From Candidatus Eiseniibacteriota bacterium (lineage in GTDB: Bacteria; Orphanbacterota; Orphanbacteria; Orphanbacterales; Orphanbacteraceae), in the NCBI GenBank assembly GCA_043809585.1, contig JBDROZ010000119.1, positions 1 to 34,349 on the forward strand: 34,349 bases of DNA, written 5' to 3'. The notes under the pieces were generated by a model. That model searched no databases. It saw nothing but the letters and a program-made list of their open reading frames with translations, and was not told the DNA's origin. The position numbers and the translations under genes were made by a program. Shown here in pieces: positions 1 through 7,464 of this stretch. Within the stretch, counting starts at the first letter, position 1. Each line of letters opens with the position of its first letter.

Positions 1-172
1 CATAAGAGCCTCCCCCCGGGCGCTATCACTTATCGCTCCTAGCCTGGATTATGCATGAATCTCCGTTACGAGGGCTCGGATCGCCTGACGAGAAGCTGAC
101 TTGGACGAGCCGCCACCGGAGGCGTAGTCATAAGAGCCTCCCCCCGGGCGCTATCACTTATCGCTCCTAGCC
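1..172. repeat. Identical 44-bp direct repeat (1-44 and 129-172)
   Basis: CATAAGAGCCTCCCCCCGGGCGCTATCACTTATCGCTCCTAGCC occurs at 1-44 and 129-172. The first copy may extend beyond the window edge. Confidence 0.9.
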
Positions 173-288
173 GTCGCGATAAGTCCAAGCGCCCGACGGG
201 CCCCATCGAGGAGGCGGCGAAGGAAAGGAGGCTTCGCAGGCGGCGATCCGAGATCGCAGTAGGAGATTTGTGCATAACCCAGGCCTAG
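39..288. mobile_element. Palindromic MITE-like element A (CTAG-bounded)
   Basis: CTAG at 39-42 and 285-288. Arms CCTGGATTATGCATGAATCTCC (43-64) and GGAGATTTGTGCATAACCCAGG (262-283) are complementary at 19/22. Inner pairs are CTCGGATCGCC (75-85)/GGCGATCCGAG (242-252) and CTTGGAC (100-106)/GTCCAAG (183-189). No coding capacity. Confidence 0.6.
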
Positions 289-294
289 ATCCCT

Positions 295-340
295 TTGACA
301 CGAATGTTTCGCAAGGCTTATACTTTGCCGAAGTTCGGCA
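295..340 (+). promoter_or_regulatory. Near-consensus sigma70 promoter with downstream palindrome
   Basis: TTGACA (295-300), 18 nt, TATACT (319-324). Perfect inverted repeat TGCCGAA-G-TTCGGCA at 326-340. Confidence 0.6.
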
Positions 341-669
341 TCGGGTGGGGGGAGCTGAGATGATCGCGACCTCTTCGACAGTAACCGCTTACCCAAAAAC
401 ACCTTATCCAGAGTCTCCGCCGATCTCCTTCGCCCGAGAGGATCGATCTCCCTTCCCGAAACTGCGCCTTAAGGAAGCGGAGCCATGCAGAACTCTCTGT
501 TCGGCGGCCATGCGGCGACATGCCGCAGCCTAGCTCCGAACAAGGTTCGACGTCACCGGCATATCCGGTTCGCCGATAAGGGACTGCGCCGCCGGTGCGA
601 CGAACGCGCTGAACGCCATACGGCGAAGCCGGCAGTTTCTCGGGGAGTGGAGAGAACCGTCTAGCAGTA

Positions 670-852
670 CTAGAATCGGTTTCACAACCTCCTTCGTCGC
701 GAGATCGAGCGAAAGGTCCGGCGGCAAGGATCAAGGGGGAAAACGCCCGGACGTGGCCTAAGAAGGCCATTGAGGACGTTTTTACCCGGGTACGCAGCCA
801 CCGGGCCTTGCAGCCGATCGTAGCAGAATGGAGGTTGTGGAACCGGTTCTAG
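670..852. mobile_element. 183-bp MITE-like hairpin element B, copy 1
   Basis: Terminal inverted arms CTAGAATCGGTTTCACAACCTCC ... GGAGGTTGTGGAACCGGTTCTAG. A second copy at 5376-5558 differs at 10 positions by manual alignment. Confidence 0.85.
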
Positions 853-917
853 GCATTCGACAATGCTCACTCATCTGATGGGCGATAACGACCCCTACCA
901 GAATAGGAAGCCCGATT

Positions 918-1457
918 GTGCTGACCTTCTTGCTCACTTTGACAGTCACAGTCACAGCGGTCGCATTGCTCTATGCACGATGGGAGTATCGTAAGCGCGG
1001 CAAGCTGACTCTCATGGGAGTATCCTCACTCTGTGCCATGCTGCTCGTGCCCAATCTCATCCTCGCGTACTCCACGACATATGATATGCCTGACACGCCG
1101 CTGGACTACTTCGGCGTATTCGTGGGCGTTGTCGGGATAGTGTTGTGTGTGTTTGGTATCACCACCTTCCGTTCATTGCTGAAGGTTCTCTGTATTGATG
1201 CAGATGAACTTGTCACAACCGGCCCGTACAGGTGGAGTCGGAATCCGCAGTACGTGGGCTATTTTCTGTTCTTGCTTGGTTTTTCGTTCCACGACTGTTC
1301 GCTATGGTGTCTTGCGGCGCTGCTCGTGGTCGCGATCAGTCTGCATCTGCTGGTTCTGATTGAAGAGGAGCACCTGCATCGTCTGTTCGGCGAGCAGTAC
1401 GGCGAGTTTCACCGCGCAGTCCCGCGCTATGCAGGTTGGGGGCATTTCCGAATCTAG
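918..1457 (+). CDS. Isoprenylcysteine carboxyl methyltransferase / PEMT-family membrane methyltransferase
   Basis: Several hydrophobic helices. Motifs LVTTGPYRWSRNPQY and EEEHL..LFGEQY..F...VPRY. Codon usage is less GC-rich than the core genes. Confidence 0.8.
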   Translation: MLTFLLTLTVTVTAVALLYARWEYRKRGKLTLMGVSSLCAMLLVPNLILAYSTTYDMPDTPLDYFGVFVGVVGIVLCVFGITTFRSLLKVLCIDADELVTTGPYRWSRNPQYVGYFLFLLGFSFHDCSLWCLAALLVVAISLHLLVLIEEEHLHRLFGEQYGEFHRAVPRYAGWGHFRI

Positions 1458-1555
1458 CCGAACAGTCGCTGCCGGACGGATAGAGCGAGCCGTTGCATCG
1501 GGCGGCGCTGCGCGTCTGCAGGTGACGACGAGCGCCAGACGGGGGAGAGGGTGTC

Positions 1556-2524
1556 GTGAGGTATAGAAGCGTCCGGGACGCGACCGTTGCCGCAGTCCTC
1601 CTTCTGTCGCTCCCGTCGAGTCCGGGTGCTGCGCCCGGCCACCCCTGGCTTCGGGGCCCCGCGAACCCCGACTCGCCTGCAAAGCGAATCCCACCGCCAA
1701 CCGGATACGAGCGCCTTCCCGGCGGGGACCGGTCTTTCGCGTCGTGGCTCCGAGGCCTCCCCCTTCGGAAGCCGGGAACTCCCGTGCGGCTCTTCGATGG
1801 TCGAGAGAAGTCCTACCAGGGCGGCGTGTTTGCCGCCGTCGACATCGATGTCGGATCGAAGGACCTCCAGCAGTGTGCGGATGCGGTCATCCGGCTGCGC
1901 GCTGAGTACCTCTTGGCCGCGGGTTGCGCAGACCGAATCGCCTTCGATTTCACCAGCGGGCATCCGGCCCGCTGGTCGGACTGGCGCGCCGGGCAACGCC
2001 CCGTGGTATCAGGAAACGAGGTCTCCTGGATCCTCCGAGCCCGTCCCGACTCCTCCTACGCCTCTTTTCGAAACTACCTGAACTCCGTGTTTACGTACGC
2101 GGGGTCGTATTCCCTGGCGCGAGAACTCCAGGCCGTGGCCGATCCCAGTCAAGTGCTCCCGGGTGATGTCTTCATACAGGGTGGCTTCCCGGGACACGCC
2201 GTCCTGGTCGCCGACGTGGCCGAGGGTGTCCAGGGACGGAGGGTCTTTCTTCTCGTCCAGAGCTACATGCCGGCTCAGGACATTCACGTTCTCTTGAATC
2301 CGAATGATGGAGGCTCTCCTTGGTTTCCGGCTCTTCGTCAAGGCAGCCTCGTGACGCCGGAGTGGACCTTCTCGTACACTGATCTCCGGAGGTTCGCTGA
2401 TCCGGACTGCGGGGGGAGGCCGACTACCTCCGCGTCGGAGGTCGACCCTCGCCCTCCCCCCTCCCCCACCCCCTCCCCCATCCCCCAGGACCTTCCCCGA
2501 AAAGTGAGCGATAGAACGGGCTAA
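1556..2524 (+). CDS. DUF4846-family secreted protein (C-terminal tail now supplied by the IS end)
   Basis: Signal-peptide-like N-terminus. Motifs DLQQCADAVIRLRAEYL, PGDVFIQGGFPGHAVLV and QSYMPAQDIH are typical of DUF4846. Confidence 0.75.
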   Translation: MRYRSVRDATVAAVLLLSLPSSPGAAPGHPWLRGPANPDSPAKRIPPPTGYERLPGGDRSFASWLRGLPLRKPGTPVRLFDGREKSYQGGVFAAVDIDVGSKDLQQCADAVIRLRAEYLLAAGCADRIAFDFTSGHPARWSDWRAGQRPVVSGNEVSWILRARPDSSYASFRNYLNSVFTYAGSYSLARELQAVADPSQVLPGDVFIQGGFPGHAVLVADVAEGVQGRRVFLLVQSYMPAQDIHVLLNPNDGGSPWFPALRQGSLVTPEWTFSYTDLRRFADPDCGGRPTTSASEVDPRPPPSPTPSPIPQDLPRKVSDRTG

Positions 2525-3926
2525 CTGGGGACAGCGCAAGGAGTGAGGGTCATACGAGAAGTGAAAGACGTGGTCTCGACTGGTAGAGTGGAGAATGGTG
2601 AAAGAACAAGAACCCACTCGAGACAGAGGAGACCACGTAATGGGTGAGGTTACAGCAGTTGCGCGGAAGTTGCGAGAGCAGATCCACGATTTTTCGGGGA
2701 GACTTTCTCCCCGTTTTTCGGTGACGCAGCGGCGGTTTGTGGAGGAGATGCTTTACGGGATTCAGTCGCGCCAGAGCGTGCGTCTGAGCGAGATCGGCCG
2801 TTCGCTGGAGGAGGCGATCCCGTTGGCGAAGACCGAGACACGCTTATCGCGGAACCTGGCGTGGTGCGACTTGGAAGAAGCGGTTCAGGAGGGTGTGATT
2901 CGACTGGCAGGGCGGCGAGTGCATCGCGATACGCTTCTGATCTTCGACACGAGCGATGTGTGCAAGCCGTATGCGAAACGGATGGAGTATCTGGCGACGG
3001 TTCGGGACGGGAGCGCGGGGGAGCTGCGGGAGGGCTACTGGCTCTACACGGTGACGGCCTGCGAGCGCGGCAAGCGTCGAGCGATCCCTTTGTACCAGTC
3101 CCTGGCCTCTGCTTCGGCACCGGACTTTTCGAGCGAGAACGATCAGATTCTGCGGGCGGTCGATACGGTACGGGAGGGCGTAGGTGATCGGGGGGTGTGG
3201 GTGATCGACCGTGGGGGGGATCGCGGTGTGCTGTACGAGGCGTTTATCCAACGATCCCTGCAATTCGTGATTCGTCTGCACGGCAAGCGGCATCTGGTCT
3301 TCCGGGGAGGTAAGCGTCCGGCGAACAGCGCCCCGATCGGTTGCGCTTTCCCTTATGCCGAGACGGTTGTGCGGGAGGCGCATGGGAAAGAGAATGTCTA
3401 CCCCTTAACCTATGGCTTTCGTCGGGTACGTCTTCCCGGGTACGAGGAAGAACTCTTTCTGGTGATGGTAAAGGGGTTCGGACAAGAACCCTTGCTGCTC
3501 TTGACGAATCTCCCGATGCGTCGGAATCGGGAAGTTCTCTGGAGCGTGGTGGAAAGCTACATCACGCGGTGGCGCGTGGAAGAGATGATCCGCTTCCTCA
3601 AGCAGAGCTATCATCTCGAGGACATCCGCGTATTGACTTATCGGCGGCTGCGGAACCTGGTCGCCCTGGTGTTGGCCGTCGGCTACTTCGCGGTGGTTCA
3701 TTTGGGCGAGCGTCTCAAGGTGGCCGTCCTCGCCCGGCGCTTACTTAAAGCCGCGAAACGGATCTATGGCGTGCCCGCATTCCACTGCTACGCACTCGCC
3801 GATGGGATCGCCGCCATCCTTCGCCGAACCGGCCAGGGACCCCTCTGCCAGCTCCAGCGGGCAAAGCCGCCGCCGGGAAGCCTGCAAATGGCTCTCCAAG
3901 GCCTCTGAAAACTGGGGAAAGTCCAA
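2486..3926 (+). mobile_element. Complete IS4-family insertion sequence (1441 bp)
   Basis: Imperfect terminal IRs CAGGACCTTCCCC (2486-2498) and GGGGAAAGTCCAA (3914-3926), 10/13. Flanked by the 9-bp direct repeat CCCATCCCC (2477-2485, 3927-3935). Contains a single transposase ORF. Confidence 0.85.
2595..3908 (+). CDS. IS4-family DDE transposase
   Basis: LLIFDTSD, VIDRGGDR, LLLTN and YITRWRVEEMIRFLKQ (the YREK signature of the IS4 family). The start could instead be ATG 2640. Confidence 0.85.
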   Translation: MVKEQEPTRDRGDHVMGEVTAVARKLREQIHDFSGRLSPRFSVTQRRFVEEMLYGIQSRQSVRLSEIGRSLEEAIPLAKTETRLSRNLAWCDLEEAVQEGVIRLAGRRVHRDTLLIFDTSDVCKPYAKRMEYLATVRDGSAGELREGYWLYTVTACERGKRRAIPLYQSLASASAPDFSSENDQILRAVDTVREGVGDRGVWVIDRGGDRGVLYEAFIQRSLQFVIRLHGKRHLVFRGGKRPANSAPIGCAFPYAETVVREAHGKENVYPLTYGFRRVRLPGYEEELFLVMVKGFGQEPLLLLTNLPMRRNREVLWSVVESYITRWRVEEMIRFLKQSYHLEDIRVLTYRRLRNLVALVLAVGYFAVVHLGERLKVAVLARRLLKAAKRIYGVPAFHCYALADGIAAILRRTGQGPLCQLQRAKPPPGSLQMALQGL

Positions 3927-3938
3927 CCCATCCCCTCC

Positions 3939-3968
3939 TTGCCTTCCCCCCCACCCCCGTGATATATT
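3939..3968 (+). promoter_or_regulatory. Candidate promoter for the M24 peptidase gene
   Basis: TTGCCT (3939-3944), 18 nt, extended -10 TG-A-TATATT (3960-3968), about 50 nt upstream of ATG 4017. Confidence 0.4.
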
Positions 3969-4016
3969 TCATCGCTTCAGATCCCCACCGCTCAGATCTC
4001 GAAACGGGAGACGACC

Positions 4017-5135
4017 ATGGCAAAGAGAAAGAAAGTCGCCACGCTGGTCATCGCCGACACCATGTCGAGCGCCGACCTTCTCTACATCACCCGGTTCTCC
4101 TCCATCGACCCGATCGCGTATATCAAGATCGGGAGAAAGGGCACCATCATCCTGACCGACTTCGAGGTGGGCCGGGCAAAGGTGGAGTCGAGCGCCGACG
4201 AAGTCCTCCCCCTCAGCGAGATCGCCGAGAAGGCGGGAAAGCCGGACATGGTTTCCGCCGCCGCCTACTTCCTGGCCGAGAAGGACGTCACCCACATCCA
4301 GGTGCCGGGCGCCTTTCCCGTCGGCATGGCGGAGGAGATGAAGAAGCGGGGCTTCAAGCTCGAGGTTCAGAAGGACCCGTTCGTGCCGGAGCGGGAGACG
4401 AAGAACTCCTGGGAGGTCAAGATGATCACCCAGACCCAGCGGAAGACGGAGAAGGCGATGATGACCGCCATTCGCTGGATCTCCTCGGCGTCCGTGCGGA
4501 GGGGGACGCTCTACGTCGGCGGACGCCCCCTGACGGCGGAAATGGTCCGGAAGCGGATCCACCTCCAGCTGATGGAGGACGGGTGCATCGGCGCCGGCAC
4601 GATCGTGGCGTGCGGCGATCAGGGCATCGATCCCCACAACGCGGGGAACGGGCCGCTGAAGGCGAACAAGCCGATCATCATCGACATCTTCCCCCGGTCT
4701 CAGGACAGCTACTACTTCGCCGACATCACGCGGACCGTGGTGAAGGGGAAGGCGTCGGACATGGTGAAGAAGATGTTCCGCACCGTGCGCGAGGGGCAGC
4801 GAATCGCCTTCGAGATGATCCGACCGGGCATCAACGGGCGCAAGGTTCACACGGCCATCAACGAGTACTTCGTGAAAGAGGGGTTCGAGACGGGGATGGT
4901 GGGCGGGAAGTTCCAGGGGTTCATCCACGGGACCGGCCACGGCCTCGGTCTCGAGATCCACGAGCCGCCCCGGATCTCGAAGGTGGACCTGAATCTCAAG
5001 TCAGGGCACGTGGTGACCGTCGAACCGGGCCTCTACTACAAGGGGCACGGCGGAATCCGGATCGAGGATGTGGTCCTCGTGACCCCCCAGGGGAACAAGA
5101 ACCTGACCCGATGCCCGAAGGTCCTGGAGGTTTAG
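4017..5135 (+). CDS. Xaa-Pro aminopeptidase/prolidase (peptidase M24B)
   Basis: Creatinase-like N-domain. Metal-binding motifs IIIDIFP..YFADITRT, HGTGHGLGLEIHEPP, VTVEPGLY and GIRIEDVV. GGAG RBS. Confidence 0.92.
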   Translation: MAKRKKVATLVIADTMSSADLLYITRFSSIDPIAYIKIGRKGTIILTDFEVGRAKVESSADEVLPLSEIAEKAGKPDMVSAAAYFLAEKDVTHIQVPGAFPVGMAEEMKKRGFKLEVQKDPFVPERETKNSWEVKMITQTQRKTEKAMMTAIRWISSASVRRGTLYVGGRPLTAEMVRKRIHLQLMEDGCIGAGTIVACGDQGIDPHNAGNGPLKANKPIIIDIFPRSQDSYYFADITRTVVKGKASDMVKKMFRTVREGQRIAFEMIRPGINGRKVHTAINEYFVKEGFETGMVGGKFQGFIHGTGHGLGLEIHEPPRISKVDLNLKSGHVVTVEPGLYYKGHGGIRIEDVVLVTPQGNKNLTRCPKVLEV

Positions 5136-5271
5136 ATCCTATGTAGCAAGCGAGCGGGCCACACGGACGGCAAGTTCGACCTCGAAGACCGCCGCCCCAC
5201 GGGCACCGAAGATTCGAGCCGGGGCTCCCTGAAGCGGCTCTTCCGGTAGTCCCCGAACAGAGAATCGAACG

Positions 5272-5302
5272 ACGGCCCCGGACCGTTCCGGGGCCGTTTT
5301 TT
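5272..5302 (+). terminator. Rho-independent terminator
   Basis: ACGGCCCCGGA-CCGT-TCCGGGGCCGT stem-loop followed by a T run. Confidence 0.8.
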
Positions 5303-5348
5303 ATTGTGGCGGAAGAAGTTGGGAATCGCCTTCTCCCCCTCCCCTTCC

Positions 5349-5377
5349 TTGACGCCCCCCCGTCCCTGGCATAGACT
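5349..5377 (+). promoter_or_regulatory. sigma70-type promoter overlapping the left end of element B copy 2
   Basis: TTGACG (5349-5354), 17 nt, TAGACT (5372-5377), directly after the terminator. Confidence 0.55.
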
Positions 5378-5558
5378 AGAATCGGTTTCACAACCTCCTT
5401 CGTCGCGAGAACGAGCGAAAGGTCCGGCGGCAAGGATCAAGGGGGAAAACGCCCGGAGGTGGCCTAGGAAGGCCATTGAGGACGTTTTTACCCGAGTACG
5501 CAGCCGCCGGGCCTTGCAGCCGATCGCAGTAGAATGGAGGTTGTGAAGCCGGTTCTAA
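5376..5558. mobile_element. 183-bp MITE-like hairpin element B, copy 2
   Basis: Same length and orientation as 670-852, with 10 substitutions. Ends are CTAG ... CTAA. Confidence 0.85.
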
Positions 5559-5699
5559 GGAGGTGCGGCGCCGGTCCATTCCCGGGCACTCCGCCGCGGG
5601 ACCGGAACTTCCGGTTCCGGAATCCCGGCCTCGGCGCGAAACGGACCGACCCCGGACTCCGATACCCGGCGCGGTCCAAATGGTGGAGGGGGACCGCCC

Positions 5700-6356
5700 G
5701 TGGCATCGATGGCGCCTCAGTCGGAAATCGACGTATTCGGCCTCGTGGTCGGCCTCTTCCAGGAGAACACCTTCTTCTTGAGACGAAGGGACGCGGCGGA
5801 GACCGTCATCATCGACCCGGGCGACGAAGGGGAAAGAACCTCCGGCCTCATCCGTTCCCACGGATGGAAGCCGGTGGCGGTGGTCAACACCCACGCCCAC
5901 CTCGACCATATGGGCGCGGTGGCCCGCCTGAAGTCGGAATTCGGCATCCCCTTCTACCTGCATCCGGACGACGAGCCGCTGCTCCGGGCGGCGCCGGAAC
6001 ACGCCGCCGCCTTCGGCATGCCCGCTCCGGAGGTGCCGGTCGTGGATCGTCCCCTGGGCCACCGGCGGACCCTCGATCTCGCGGGGCTGGCGATCCAGGT
6101 GATTCACACGCCGGGGGGCGTTTCCCTCGCGGTGCCGGGACGGGTCTTCGCCGGGGACACCCTGTTTCTGGGGTCCATCGGGAGGACCGACCTCCCGGGG
6201 GGCGACTACGGGACGTTGATCGATTCGATCCGGGACCGCCTGATGGCGCTTCCCGACGAGACCATCGTGCACTGCGGCCACGGACCGGACACGACCATCG
6301 GCCGGGAGCGAAAGACGAATCCGTTCCTCCGCGCGCCGGGGAACGCCCTCCCGTAG
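5700..6356 (+). CDS. MBL-fold metallo-hydrolase (glyoxalase II/YcbL-like)
   Basis: IIDPG, NTHAHLDHMGA (HxHxDH), FAGDTLFLGSIGRTDLPGG and HCGHGPDTTIGRERKTNPF. GTG start with GGAGG RBS (alternative ATG 5709). Confidence 0.9.
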   Translation: MASMAPQSEIDVFGLVVGLFQENTFFLRRRDAAETVIIDPGDEGERTSGLIRSHGWKPVAVVNTHAHLDHMGAVARLKSEFGIPFYLHPDDEPLLRAAPEHAAAFGMPAPEVPVVDRPLGHRRTLDLAGLAIQVIHTPGGVSLAVPGRVFAGDTLFLGSIGRTDLPGGDYGTLIDSIRDRLMALPDETIVHCGHGPDTTIGRERKTNPFLRAPGNALP

Positions 6357-6376
6357 TCGTGAAGGAGAGAGGAACC

Positions 6377-6706
6377 ATGACCGACCTCGCGTCGAAGCGT
6401 TGCGCCCCCTGCGAAGGAGGAGTGCCCCCCCTGACGAGGGAACAGGCCGCCCGGCTCGCGCGGGAGCTGAATGGATGGGAGATGGACGACGGAGCGAAGG
6501 GGATCCGGAGGACGTTCACCTTCGACGATTTTCACGGGACCATGGCGTTCGTGAACGCCCTCGCCTGGATCGCCCACAAGGAAAACCATCATCCGGACCT
6601 CCGGGTGGGCTACAATGAGCGCGGCGTCCGGTACTCGACCCACGCCATCGACGGTCTGTCGGAAGACGACTTCATTTGCGCCGCCAAGATCGACGCCCTG
6701 GTCTAG
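6377..6706 (+). CDS. phhB: Pterin-4-alpha-carbinolamine dehydratase
   Basis: ATG 6377 after GGAG/GAGG. CxPCEGG, ENHHPDL and STHAIDGLSEDDFICAAKID. This is the 3' part of the listed ORF 5534-6706. Confidence 0.9.
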   Translation: MTDLASKRCAPCEGGVPPLTREQAARLARELNGWEMDDGAKGIRRTFTFDDFHGTMAFVNALAWIAHKENHHPDLRVGYNERGVRYSTHAIDGLSEDDFICAAKIDALV

Positions 6707-6769
6707 GAGCCGCGGACGATTCGGCGCGTGACGATGCCAACCCCCCCGGGTGGGACAAGGAGAGCGACC

Positions 6770-7285
6770 ATGCTGAAGAAAACGATGGAGAAGGCCTTGA
6801 ACAAGCAGATGAACGCCGAGTTCTGGTCGGCGAACCTCTACCTGTCCATGGCCGCCTTCTTCCAGAGCAAGAACCTCGGAGGCTTCGCCCACTGGATGAG
6901 GCTGCAGCTCGTCGAAGAGAACATGCACGCCATGAAGTTCTTCGACTTCATCCTCGATCGGGGGGGAATGCCGAAGCTGGAAGCCTTCGCGGCGCCTCCC
7001 GACACCTGGAAGACAGCCCTCGCCGTCTTCGAGTCGGTGCTCGAGCACGAACGGAGCGTCTCCGCCGGGATCCACAATCTCGTGGACCTGGCCCGGAAGA
7101 ACTCGGACTTTCCGTCGGACACGTTCCTCCAGTGGTTCGTGACGGAGCAGGTCGAGGAGGAGGCGGCGGCGGACGACATCGTGCAGAAGCTGAAGCTCGT
7201 CGGAAACCAGGGTCACGGCATCTTCATGATCGACAGAGAGTTATCCCAGCGCCCGGCTCCGGCGGCGGCCGCGGGCGGCGCGTAA
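6770..7285 (+). CDS. ftnA: Non-heme ferritin
   Basis: AGGAG RBS then ATG 6770. ALNKQMNAE, YLSMA, EENMHAMK, EHE and FLQWFVTEQVEEE ferroxidase-centre motifs. Confidence 0.92.
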   Translation: MLKKTMEKALNKQMNAEFWSANLYLSMAAFFQSKNLGGFAHWMRLQLVEENMHAMKFFDFILDRGGMPKLEAFAAPPDTWKTALAVFESVLEHERSVSAGIHNLVDLARKNSDFPSDTFLQWFVTEQVEEEAAADDIVQKLKLVGNQGHGIFMIDRELSQRPAPAAAAGGA

Positions 7286-7464
7286 GAACACCGCGAAGAA
7301 ACCGAATGTCGGGGGTCCCCTCGCCGGAGGGCGCCCCCTTTTCCCTTCCCGCCCCGGGGGGAAGCTAATCCCCGCGAAGGATCGGACCGAACAGAAGAAG
7401 ACAGGGAGGGGTTTCCCTTCCTCAGCCGGTTCCAGGCCCCACCGGGGGGATGGCGAGAGGGTCC

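Noticed and set aside
1-172. CRISPR array from the 44-bp direct repeat
   Set aside because: Only two copies, an 84-nt spacer, no cas genes, and the repeat lies within a larger palindromic element.
530-664. Third CTAG-bounded MITE
   Set aside because: CTAG occurs at both ends, but there are no terminal inverted repeats and no second copy.
530-1560. Integron cassette array (attC-like CCGAAC after stops at 533 and 1457; lower-GC genes)
   Set aside because: I could not find properly spaced complementary R'/L' boxes, and there is no integrase in the window. An attC covariance search would settle it.
318-5546. Short duplicated ORFs (MAFLGH..., MPPDLSL...) near 727/770 and 5433/5476
   Set aside because: They are translations of the repeated element B and diverge outside it, so they are not genes.
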